The translations under genes and the position numbers were made by a program. A stretch of 62,835 nt of DNA, filler included, from Globobulimina sp. (taxonomy: Eukaryota), in NCBI GenBank assembly GCA_003354225.1. It is 33 parts of 33 records of this genome, joined end to end, with 100 filler letters (N's around TTAATTAATTAA, not from the genome) between each part and the next. Parts side by side here need not be neighbours in the genome. Positions count along the whole stretch, not along the records: positions 9,541 to 11,348 come from PIVH01011706.1; positions 11,449 to 13,256 come from PIVH01011707.1; positions 13,357 to 15,164 come from PIVH01011708.1; positions 15,265 to 17,072 come from PIVH01011709.1; positions 17,173 to 18,980 come from PIVH01011710.1; positions 19,081 to 20,888 come from PIVH01011711.1; positions 20,989 to 22,796 come from PIVH01011712.1; 26 more parts are not named here. One strand, given 5' to 3'. Shown here in pieces: positions 10,964 to 22,896 of the stretch. The number at the start of each line of letters is the position of its first letter. Within the stretch, counting starts at the first letter, position 1. The notes below the pieces were generated by a model. The model had not been told where the DNA came from. It saw nothing but the letters and a program-made list of their open reading frames with translations, and did no database searches.

Positions 10964-11348
10964 ATGTTTGAAGAATATGATATTATAGTTGCCGGAGCTG
11001 GACATGCTGGAAGCGAAGCTGCTGCCGCAGCAGCTAATATGGGCTCCAGGGTAATGTTGGTTACAATGAATATGGGTAATATTGCTCAGATGTCATGTAA
11101 TCCTGCTATGGGAGGTATTGCTAAAGGACAAATAGTAAGAGAAATTGATGCACTTGGTGGATATTCCGGAATAGTTACTGACAGAACTATGATACAATTC
11201 AGGATGCTTAATAAATCAAAAGGTCCTGCTATGTGGAGCCCGAGAGCACAAAGTGATCGAACGAGATTTTCTGAAGAATGGAGACTGGAGCTGGATAAAT
11301 TAGAAAATCTAGATTTTTGGCAAGACAAGGTAACAGAAGTAATTGTTG
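10964..11348 (+). CDS. mnmG: tRNA uridine-5-carboxymethylaminomethyl modification enzyme MnmG/GidA, Bacteroidota-like, 3' truncated
   Basis: [55 protein letters not shown]. Confidence 0.95.
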
Positions 11349-11448
11349 NNNNNNNNNNNNNNNNNNNNNNNNNNNNNNNNNNNNNNNNNNNNTTAATTAA
11401 TTAANNNNNNNNNNNNNNNNNNNNNNNNNNNNNNNNNNNNNNNNNNNN

Positions 11449-11899
11449 TGGCGAAGATATATCAAAAATTGCACCAACATTAGGATTTACGATTAAAACC
11501 TTAGAATATTTAGAATATAAATTAAACATTTGGGACGTTGGCGGTCAAGAAACAATTCGTTCATATTGGAAAAATTATTATGAATCAACAGATGGTGTAA
11601 TTTGGGTAATTGATAGTGCGGACAAACGAAGGTTGGAATTATGTAAAAAAGCACTACATTCGTTATTATCTGAAGAGAGATTGGCCGGGGCCACGTTATT
11701 AATCTTTGCAAACAAACAGGATTTAAAAGGTGCACTCACAAAAGACCAAATTGTTAATGTCTTAGAGTTAAAAAAAATGGATAAACAAAACAGGCATTAT
11801 TTTGTGAAAGATTGCTCTGCTGTCACTGGGCAAGGATTGGAAGGTGGCGTTGCTTGGTTGGTGAAAGACATTGCATCAAGAATGTTCTTATTGGATTAA
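11449..11899 (+). CDS. ARL2: ADP-ribosylation factor-like protein 2, 5' truncated
   Basis: [62 protein letters not shown]. Confidence 0.9.
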
Positions 11900-12041
11900 T
11901 CTATATTGACACGCGCAAGGATATATTTTTTGCCTTTTCGTTTGTTTAATTAATAAGTCTGTCACAACAACTAAACTCGAAGATGTTGTACACATAAAAG
12001 TAAAAAAACTTTGGCTCAGGTTCTTTCAGTGACAGTCAGAT

Positions 12042-13256
12042 AATGTCAAACAAAAAATCTAAACGAAAAAAAAAGACAACGTTCGCCAAAAAACGTGAAC
12101 AGGAAAAGTTCCAAAGCATGGTATATTCATTAGGTTTCTCTGATACTGGTACCGCAACAAATCCACCGTTACATACACACAGAGAGACAATATAGATCCA
12201 TTTGAAAAGAGGAGTCCCCGCATCACACACAAAAAACCCAAAAAATCACCTAGTAAAAAACGAAAAAAATCACCCAATAAAAAACGAAAACTAACAAACT
12301 ATCTCTCTATTAAATACAACCCCAATTGCAATATTAATCCAATCAAAACCATAAATCAACAACAACCTAAACGACGGAAAATGAATGAAACCCATTCAAA
12401 CCATACGCATTCATCCAAATCATCACTTTCCTCTGATCTCCAAATATTAAACACAAACCATCACAATCACCACAATCACAATCACACTCACAACCGTCCA
12501 TACACACAAAAATATAAACCCCAACGCAGTCCCAACGCAAAGCCCAAAACCGGATATAATTTGTATTCAAATGGACAAATTCCCGTCAATTCGTATGAAT
12601 CATCAATCCCATTTCGAGCGGAGAAGAATCGCTCAAAAGTACATAAACGTAACAACAATGTCTTCAATGATACCAACGACAACATGAGTTTGCGTACATT
12701 TCGATCGAGAATGTCGAGAAAATCCAGGTATGTTCTCGTGTATTTTTCCAGTGGGGTGCAAGGATAATAGTTTATATCCATAGAGATTCGCATTTATCGT
12801 CCAGAGTATCGCGGAGATCCAAGTCGCCAACATCACCGATACACAAATCCAACAGTCCCATATCATCAAAAATGACTGAAGCCCACGACCGGTTGGCATT
12901 GTTAAATGTAAATAGCAAACACTCACAGTCACAGTCCCATAACAACTCCCATTCAGACCGCATTTCACAGAGACACGTTTTTAAAGCTATTAACAAAAAA
13001 TATAGTTCATTGGGGGGGTTGTTTCCAAAAAATGGAAGTAAACGCACCCGCAATACAGGTGGTAGACACCGGAAGTGGCCAAGGAAAAAAAAACTGTATC
13101 ACCAGATGAAGAGGTCGACATTGGATGGGATTGGAAAGCATTTGAGTCGCGATGGACAGGTATTAGTTACCGATTTGAATAAGGAAAAGTATCAGAATTT
13201 GATGGAAGTGACTAATACAAAGAAAATAGACAAAATAAAGCAACATTTGGGAGGTA
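12042..13256 (+). CDS. Low-complexity Lys/His/Ser-rich hypothetical protein, probably spliced
   Basis: Consecutive + strand ORFs separated by candidate GT-AG introns (e.g. ~12729-12783); no domain recognised. Confidence 0.35.
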
Positions 13257-13356
13257 NNNNNNNNNNNNNNNNNNNNNNNNNNNNNNNNNNNNNNNNNNNN
13301 TTAATTAATTAANNNNNNNNNNNNNNNNNNNNNNNNNNNNNNNNNNNNNNNNNNNN

Positions 13357-13470
13357 CGATATTCTTCGGGGTTGCTAATAAGAGGGAGTACCGTGTGAGG
13401 CCGGAAACGGAGCAGCAAAAATCCCCTATCACCATTCAGCTTAAGTGCCGATTAAATCGCATTCTCATTC
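13357..13470 (+). ncRNA. Eukaryotic SRP (7SL) RNA, 3' part (S domain)
   Basis: GAGGCCGGAAACGGAGCAG matches the helix 8 SRP54-binding motif (human CAGGTCGGAAACGGAGCAG), preceded by GGTTGC..AAGAGGG; 3' end approximate. Confidence 0.8.
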
Positions 13471-13854
13471 CACATAATCAATATGTGCTTTGTTATTCAA
13501 TCTGCTATACACATATCTTCTTTTTTTTTTGGTTTTATTTTCTCATTTGCAATGTCAAATATTGAAAATACAAATAATTTCATTTGTTATTATCTCTGAC
13601 CATCCTTGATTTACCATTTAATTTTGTGTGCCATTACCATAATTTCAATAAACACACATGCAAGCAGTGTTTTCTATAATTTATTATACAGTAACGTACG
13701 AAATAATAAATGATTTTATAGTGATTTCCATGCACTGTGCTGTGATAATATTTATTAGTTTAGTGGTAGGACAAAATTCAATCAGAACGTAAGTCCGATT
13801 CCAGGCTCACAGTAGGATTTAATAAAGTTTTAATTTCTACAAATCGCAAAGATC

Positions 13855-14763
13855 ATGTCTTTGATCAAATTCAATTCCAATATTAATAATAAAACAAATG
13901 AATCATTGGCGGATTTTAAATCAAAAATGATGCTTAGCACAGAAAAAATAATTAAAGAATATTTACCGATTAAAATAGTTCAATTAAGTGAATTATACGA
14001 AGAGATATCATCAAAACAAACAGAAACAGAAAAGCAAAAATATAGCTATGAGCAAGATAAAGTTAAGGGAAAAGATACCAATCCAAATAACAATAATCAT
14101 AATAAAGCTAATAAAACGAATAAAACAAAGAAAACCAATAAAACTAAAACAAGCAAAACAAATAAAAAAAAACGAACATTTAATGAGCTATGTTTTGATG
14201 ACAAAGACAATGATAAAAATGGGAAAGAAATTGAATTAAAAAATAATATTTATTGCACAACAAATTCTGAAATAGAAAGATTAACAAAATTGATCAAAAT
14301 AGAAGTTGAAGAATTGATCGATTATTTAGATCCAATTGGAGTATTTATAAATTTACATGTTCCCAAAATTGAGGATGGCAATAATTTCGGTGTTCAGATC
14401 CAAGAACAAATGAAAGGAATGGTGAGTAGCGGACAATTGTCGGCTCAGGATTTTCTAAGAAACGTTCCAAAGTTTCATACTTTGCGAGCAAAACTTATAT
14501 CGAAAATCATGAAATATCCAAATTTAAAGGATTACAAAGCATCACTCATTGAATTGGATTATAAACAAATGTTAATGTTAAAGCATTGTCTACGCGATTT
14601 AAGAAATAGTTGAGGCTGCATTTTAATTTGTAAAATATCTTTTATATTTATATGTTTTTTATGATATTCAGATTATTGGATTTTATCGGATGTATTAACT
14701 AAAAATTGGGATAAAATAATTAAACCAAAAGGTGACAAAAGTATAACTTTTAATATGTACTGA
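13855..14763 (+). CDS. Proteasome activator PA28/11S (PSME3-like), intron 14609-14671
   Basis: Activation loop VPKIEDGNNFGVQIQE; spliced end RNNYWILSDVLTKNWDKIIKPKG..MY. Confidence 0.9.
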
Positions 14764-15393
14764 AATATATTAAATCAATTTTAACTTCACGTAATATACG
14801 TTATTTAATCGTAACATAATCAGATGACTTTTAACAGTGATTTAGTGACTTTTAACATAATCATCATAATAGTGCTACAAAATTCAGTATAAACAACCTG
14901 TTGTACTTTTCTTCAAATATTGTAACAGCTACTAGTACTAACTATATTTACTACAAATAGCTGTTTTTAAAAAACTGTTCTTTTGTAGATCTCGGAATTA
15001 TTTGCTGTTAGAAGTGTTTCAGATTTAGCAAACAATTAACATGTCAGAACTGCTTAAAACAATTTCAGAAACATTGTACATGATCTATAATCTATATAAT
15101 TAGCACAAAAAAAAAACGTATACATTTGATTACGTCTTACCTGCAAATAAGATATCAAATGTATNNNNNNNNNNNNNNNNNNNNNNNNNNNNNNNNNNNN
15201 NNNNNNNNTTAATTAATTAANNNNNNNNNNNNNNNNNNNNNNNNNNNNNNNNNNNNNNNNNNNNAAGTTGAAAACCACTCTAACTAACCCAAAAACCTTG
15301 CCAATCACAAAAGAAGTGTTTAGAAGTTTAAACCTAAAACGTCACATGTAAATTGTTAGTTTAGTTTGTGCACTTTTTTTAAAAAACAAACAA

Positions 15394-17072
15394 TTAACTC
15401 ACTACAAACACTTCATACTCTTTTAATTTGAAACGATGTGCAGTTATATTAGTTTTATCTGTATCTCCTCCGCATAATACATTCCCTTTACCTTCATATC
15501 GTGATTGATGTCCTAAATAACTGTAATGTGTTGAATTCTTTCCATTTTCTTGTAATACCAAATCATGTCCATTTCCAAATGTTGGACCATAAGTACTATT
15601 ATCATACACTGCATAATTATCTTTTTTCAATAAGTTATAAATTCTGGCTTTATGATTAAACACAGATCGAATTAAAAACAGGAACGCATTGTCATCTCTA
15701 TGCCAGCTATCATTACCATTCCATTTATGTGTAGTAAACGCACCAAATATATTATTATAATCTGAATGAATGACAATCAGCGTATTGCAATGTCCATTGC
15801 ATTTACTATGAAAGGCATTTGATGAATTTCCATCCGTTGAGTTTCTATAAATTAATTTTAATGCTAACTCTTCTTTCTTTAATATTGTTTGCAACTTTGG
15901 CTTTAATAAATTTTCAAATATTGATATTTCATTTGGATTTGTTAATATTTTCGAGTCAGAAATCCATGGCAATATTTTCTGTTTGGTTTCAAATATTTTA
16001 TAATTTGAATAATTTGTCCAAACATTCTTGGATATCTTTGCTTTACTTTTGAGGCAATATTTAGTGGAATATTTTAAATTTTTTATTAAATATTTACTAT
16101 CCACAAACTCAAAATATTGAGCAACATTCTCTCTCTTTTCGTCATCATCAGCTTCGATTTCATTGCATTGCAATCCATATAAAAATATATTATCTTCGCA
16201 TTTAAATTCAATATTAATTTCAGCCTCATTTCCTGAGACATTTCTCACTGAAACTTCCGGCACAATTTCATTGCCGTCAACTTTTCCAATATTACCAATT
16301 TGCTACGTATGCAAACATAAAAAACATCAAAAACAGAATTAAAATATTCTTAAATATTCCAACCTAACTTTATATATTTCATTTGAGTCAAACTTCACAT
16401 TAAATCTGTCATTCACACCGTGGATAACCTCATTTTTTAACACATTCATGCTTTTAGCCAATATGTGTTGAGATTGCGTGGTTATTTTCCTTTTCCTCTC
16501 ACTTTTATTCATATTCGGATCTAATAAAATATCGTTCCATTCCCGCTGTACTCCCAATAATTCTTCATTAATATCTGTAATTTTGGCCAAATTGTCTTTA
16601 TATATTTGCAATTTTCTCTCCTTTATCGCTTTTAACTGTTTTTGTAAATCAGTCTTTCTTTTGTGGATATTCTGTATAATTTCATTAAATTGCCGATTGA
16701 TGAAACTCTCACAATGTTTAGCATTGCTTTCTGTTTTTTCCATGCCTTCCTTGCTTTTATTAATCTCAATTTCAAGCTTATTTTGTCTTTTTTTAGCTTT
16801 ATCCATTGCATTTTCTTCCGCTTCGCTATATGTCACGCGATAAATCACTGCTTTTTCTTTGTTTCTATGCGGCTCTGTTTTAGATTGTAACTCTCTGATC
16901 GCAGTCTTAAATTTCCTTTTCTCCATAAATGTCATTTTTAACTCTTTATCCTCCACAAAATTGCTTGGAAAAAACAGCAGTTAATTTATTGCGATGATTA
17001 TGTATAAAATAATAAATTAATTAACTTCAAGTCATTTTCATCAAATTCCAAAAAGTCTTTGACCAACAACTC
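15394..17072 (-). CDS. Coiled-coil + FN3-like + TLDc domain protein, spliced, 5' truncated
   Basis: LIYRNSTDG..AFHSKCNG..IFGAFT..AFLF..GPTFGNGHDL..EYEVF TLDc motifs; short introns near 16302-16370 and 16967-17025. Confidence 0.8.
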
Positions 17073-17768
17073 NNNNNNNNNNNNNNNNNNNNNNNNNNNN
17101 NNNNNNNNNNNNNNNNTTAATTAATTAANNNNNNNNNNNNNNNNNNNNNNNNNNNNNNNNNNNNNNNNNNNNTTCTTTTTTTTGTTTTTTATTAATTTTT
17201 GTTTATTCTGCGTAACAATTATCTTCTCCCCTTAGCCAGTGTTTGTGGCGAGCACACCCAAATATTTTTGGTGCAATTTTTTGGAAATGATCATCCCATA
17301 AATGACCCAATTCTTTTGATTCCATCCATCCTTTTAATTTACCCATTAATATCTCCATTATATAAATGTAAACAACTTTTAAGCTAATACAGTTTTCGGT
17401 TTGGCGAGAAATGATGGTTCTTCTCGGAGATATGAGTTACAAAAAGTTATTGAAAATATTAATCACGTACCTCTTTGCACGGAATTGAACTCTAACCATC
17501 TTATGATCATATTGAAACTATAGCTATTAGAGGAGTTTAATTATGGCAAATGAATTTATCTGACATAAATATTAAATGTAATTTTATTTGGTTGTAAAGA
17601 GGAGTTTATCGGAATATATCATCAAAGTTGATGAAACAATGCAGCTGCAATATTAGCATTAGCAATTTCGCAAATGCTACTGACTCGGAGAATCATTTAA
17701 TTCGCCGCTCTCAATTGACATCCTACAGTACTTGAGACACAAAAGAAATAAACAAAATAAAGACCACA

Positions 17769-18980
17769 ATGAGAACAGTTTTCCGTTTTAGACCACCAAC
17801 ACAACAAATATCACCCAACAACGCGTTAGAAACATTAGATATTGACACAGATAGTAACACAGTAATAATTAACAAAGCGAATGGCCGACAAATAGAATTC
17901 ATCGCCGATTGTGTGTTTGATACAAATTCCACTCAAGAATCAATATTCAAAAATGTTGGAGAAACATTAATAAACAACACATTGGATGGCTACAATACTT
18001 GTGTATTCGCATACGGACAAACAGGATCTGGTAAAACCTTCACAATGTTTGGCGAAGGTAACAATGAAGGATTAGCATTTAAATCGTTAAGATATTTATT
18101 TGAATCATTAGCTGAAAATAAAGATTTAAATTTAGCAGCATCCACTGTTTCTGTCTCAGTGGTAGAGATTTATAACAATAAAATATATGACATATTATTA
18201 GCAAATAATTCCGATCAAGTATTAAAATTAAGAAATGACGAAATTGTAAATGTATCATCAGTTACGGTCGAATCATTCGCAAATACAAAAGAAAAACTAA
18301 AACACGCAATTTCCACCAGAATGACTGCAGCTACAAATATGAATAATACGTCGTCAAGATCGCATTTAGTAATTACAATCGATTTATGTCAACAATTAAA
18401 AGACGGTGCCACATTAACCAGCAAATTACATTTGATTGATTTAGCCGGCAGTGAAAGAATAAAAAAGACAAAAGCTGTCGGTGACAGATTAAACGAATCA
18501 AAAAGTATTAATTCTTCATTATTAGTATTGGGCAGAGTCGTTGATGCATTGATTGCAAATCAGAAACACAAATCAAATAAGTATGGCCATGTACCATACA
18601 GAGATTGCGTATTAACGCATTTACTAAAAACATCAATCGGTGGCAATTCAATGACATCCATAATTGGGTGTTGTTCTGTGGATGATGTACATTTGGACGA
18701 AACCATATCTACACTACATTTTATTGCACGATCAGCAAATATTAAAAACAAACCAGTCAGAAATCAACGATATTCAACAGGAAAAATAACTGAAATACAA
18801 CAAACATTTAAAACATACAAAATCGAAGCTGAAAATATTATTAATATTCAAAAGAATGAATATGAAGAAATAATATCCAAATTAAGTCAAGAAAATGAAA
18901 TGCTTAAACTGAAAGGTGGTGTTTGTAATGTTAATGAGAATCAGAATGAAATGAAACAAAGAATGCGACAAATTGAAAAT
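17769..18980 (+). CDS. Kinesin motor protein, 3' truncated
   Basis: AYGQTGSGKT, NNTSSRSH, DLAGSER and HVPYRD motifs. Confidence 0.95.
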
Positions 18981-19080
18981 NNNNNNNNNNNNNNNNNNNN
19001 NNNNNNNNNNNNNNNNNNNNNNNNTTAATTAATTAANNNNNNNNNNNNNNNNNNNNNNNNNNNNNNNNNNNNNNNNNNNN

Positions 19081-20888
19081 GTTTCACTTAGAAAGACAAT
19101 GCACACAGTACGGTACCTAGTTTTTTCTCCATAACCACATAGCCATCACTAGCGCTGATAAACTGTTGTTTCATCGCATTGGCGGCATTCACCGGTTGCG
19201 GTAACTCGCCGCTTTCCTCGCTTTCATCCTCATTCATGTTAAAATATTCGTCCTCGTCATCATCACCATCGCTGTCGGTGTCATCAATCATGGCACCAAA
19301 CTTGACACTGCCCGAATTATTGTCCATTCCATCATCTAATACGACGAAATTTGGGTCGTCTTCACTGTCATCACTGCCATCATCACTTTTGGCGGCATCA
19401 TATTCATTAAACACCATACCATCATCGTCCTCGCTATCAGTCACAGTCACACTTTGGTGACTTTTTGCTTTGTCGCTTTTAGCCCCTTCATCGTGAATGA
19501 CATATTCCTCCGCTTTGCGTGATTGACGCGACGCGTTGAATTTAGGTGTCTCGTTATTTGGGGAAGAGGACGATTTCCATGCTTTCTTATGACCGGATTT
19601 TTTGGCTTTGAAATTTGGCAAAGTACTGCTTTTACGATCACTACGGCCAAAGTTCGGGATGGATTGCGACTTTTGGGAGCCGGTTTTGTTATTTTTTGAA
19701 GCCGATGGAGTTTGTTTACTGTGTTTTGAACTTGATTCGGTTTCAGAGGCCGTGCTCTCTGAACCTACGCCGTCGACCAATTGCACCAACTCTTGAACCA
19801 ATGCTTTGCTTTTATCTGTTTACAATTCAATTTGAAATCGGTTTATATTTTATTCAGATAATCAGATTGATTCACTTCTTCAGGGAATCAGATTGCTTTG
19901 GTACAAGGGACAAAAAACATAACTAGGACTTGGACCATTCGTCATCACGTTGGTAACAGCGTTATTCTGTTGGATCTGTTTTATTTATATTTGCATTCAT
20001 AGCAGATATGAATTATAAGCATATCATACATGAATGGCAGGATTGGTCAATAAGAATGGAGTGGGCTGCGCAGTGTATTGTTGATGTGCATTGTTTGCAT
20101 ATATTTGTGGGTGCGGTGATATGAGTGATTGTGGGAATGGTATTGGTGCACCGGGTGCGGGTAATGGACCCGAGAGCGGTGTCGCATTAACATTCATGTT
20201 TGCGTTTGCATTGTACACTGCTGAGTAATAGGCGGACATTGGTATGGAAGAGGCGGCTCCGGCGGGCGTACCACGATAATACACCGGGGTCACAGGCACA
20301 TTGTTTCTCGATGTTGGATGATGGCAAGACATATAATGTACTGCTGCTGCAGATGGAGGTGATTGTTGTTGTTGGGGTGGTGCGTAACTTACATATCTCT
20401 GATTAGTTATTGTTTGTCCATAGGTTTGCGTTGGATATACTTGATTGATATTATTGTGTTGCGGATAGGGTTGAGGTGGTCGCTGTTGTTGTTGTTGTGG
20501 TGGTTGCTGTTGCTGTTGCTGATTATTGGCGTGATATAATGCTTGGTTTGGCGATGGATTGGTGTTATATTGGTGCGTATTGTTAATATTTCGATTTTGA
20601 TTGTATTGGTTCATTTGGTTGTTATTATTATTTCTATGGCCATGCACATTATTATTTGCATTGTTGTTCGCATTGTTATTGTTATATCGTACATTGTTGT
20701 TATTATTGCTGTTATTATTATTGTTGTTGTTATTGTTATTATTTTTATTTCTGTTGTATGAGGAATAACGACCACCGCGGTTCTAAAATATATATATATA
20801 TTATTAAAATTAATGGTTAATTTGTTGAAAACAATGGAAACATACACCAGTTTTTTCCATTTGCCGCGTGATAATATTCATAAGATAG
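19081..20888 (-). CDS. Low-complexity Gln/Asn/Pro-rich then acidic protein, multi-exon fragment
   Basis: Same-strand ORFs 20024-20647 and 19088-19801 with candidate short introns; no domain recognised. Confidence 0.45.
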
Positions 20889-20988
20889 NNNNNNNNNNNN
20901 NNNNNNNNNNNNNNNNNNNNNNNNNNNNNNNNTTAATTAATTAANNNNNNNNNNNNNNNNNNNNNNNNNNNNNNNNNNNNNNNNNNNN

Positions 20989-21786
20989 TTTATATTTATG
21001 AATGTTATTGCAGCAGGAGTCGGGATTTTGATTAGAAATACAACAATACACTCCACACACTACAACCATGCATATTAAAATCAGTACTGCTCCACTTGTA
21101 ATTATATATTGTCCTTTCGTATATTTTAATGGATTCAACCAATCCAATTCATCGTCTTCATTGTCCTCATTGTCCATATATTCGACACTTACAATGATAC
21201 CCAATACAACCATACCATCCTCACTTTCTTCTATTACATCTGTATCAAATTTGTAAACAATGTGCAAGGATATAATAATGATCATATATATATACATACT
21301 TTGTGTAACTTCCTTAAATGTATCACTCTGCACATAATCCAGAATCACATTCATATCATGTTCACTATCTGTATTAATGTATATTTCTAAAATAAGTTCA
21401 TCCGTTTCGGGTATTATTACTGTAATGATTAACAGGTATTTTTCATTGATCTCCAGAGCTGAAAATAAATCCGTCATATCCCGTTTGATGAGTTGAGAAT
21501 CAATATTTGTATTGCTAGTATTGCTAGTGTTTAATGAATAAGTTACTGAAATATCAATATTAATATCAAAACGATACTGCTTTGTAACAAAGATTGTAGT
21601 TTCAAATGTTGATGTAGTTGGCGTTGCAGTGTCGTTGTGTGACTCGTTGATCTGACCTTTAAATGATGAAATTAAACATGTGTGAAATAAGTAAAAGTAT
21701 ATTTGTATACGTTTCTTTGCATACCATTCCCATTTAGAAAATAAAATAAAATATGTATGAATATGATGCTCTGCGTCATTTTTCAA
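20989..21786 (-). CDS. Single-pass membrane protein, spliced, 3' truncated
   Basis: Thr-rich stretch and a TM segment YIITSGAVLILICMVVVCGVYCC. Confidence 0.45.
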
Positions 21787-21858
21787 TTATTAAAAAGTTT
21801 TTAGTGGAATAAATTCGTTAAAAAAACCACTCCACCTAACCCAATTTAAGCACATCAC

Positions 21859-22796
21859 ATGTCAACCAGAGCAGAGTCAGAAGACAGCAATATGTACAAA
21901 GGACAATACGAATGGATTATTAAAGGCAATAAATTAACACAAATGATTAAAGCGGATAATGGACAGAAATTTGCATCACAGACATTTGAAATGTGTTCAT
22001 TAGATTGGTGTATTGAAGCATGTCCCAATGGCAATAGAGATAATAATGTTGGTTCATTTAAAGTATTTTTAAAATTATTATCCTTACCACAACAAGGAAA
22101 TAAAATAATTATTTGCCGGAGAATTTATTGTAAAGAGTTGAAGTCAAGTTTTACGAATATCTCATCCTATAAAAAAGAGAAAAGCAATGGATGGCCATAT
22201 TATACATTGTCATTAAATGAAGTGAGAAATAATAATCTGAAACAAATAAGTTTTATAATTGAAATAAGAATATTACGAATTATGAATGAATCATCTTTTG
22301 GCACTACAATAATTTATGAGAATGACATATATTTTGATAAAGCATTTAATAAACAACTATTTAATTGGATCATTGATGCAAAATTAATTAAAAAAATGAA
22401 AAATTCGTTAAATGGAAAACGATTTGAATCACCAATTTATAATAAAATGTGGTGTCTAAAAATTGCACCAAATGGAGGTAAAACAGCACGAAAGGATTAT
22501 TTTGATGTTAGTCTTCAAATTTGTGCATTTCCACAAAATATCTCTAAAATAACGGTTCGATTTAAAATAAATTGGAAAGAAATGCAAATAAATACAGAGA
22601 GAACAAAAGATTTTGATATTAATGGCGGTCATTCCTGGCTTTGGTCAGATTCAACAGAGAATATATTCTCATTTTCAGATTTTCAGAATTATTATTTAAA
22701 TGGAATGGAATTTGAAGTAAATCTAAATATTTTAGCAATTTATGATAAAAATGGAGGGAAAATCAATAAAAATGAATGGAATAAATACATAAAAAA
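21859..22796 (+). CDS. Tandem MATH-like domain protein
   Basis: Two repeats of W-I-I..F-S..WC(I/L)..PNG..(V/F)xL. Confidence 0.65.
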
Positions 22797-22896
22797 NNNN
22801 NNNNNNNNNNNNNNNNNNNNNNNNNNNNNNNNNNNNNNNNTTAATTAATTAANNNNNNNNNNNNNNNNNNNNNNNNNNNNNNNNNNNNNNNNNNNN

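Noticed and set aside
9541-13256. Functional clustering of PP1, mnmG and ARL2, or any other cross-linker synteny
   Set aside because: Contigs are concatenated by size and are not genomic neighbours; the PP1-bacterial join itself is probably chimeric
20480-20760. CAA/AAT trinucleotide runs as microsatellite elements
   Set aside because: They encode poly-Gln/Asn tracts within a coding exon
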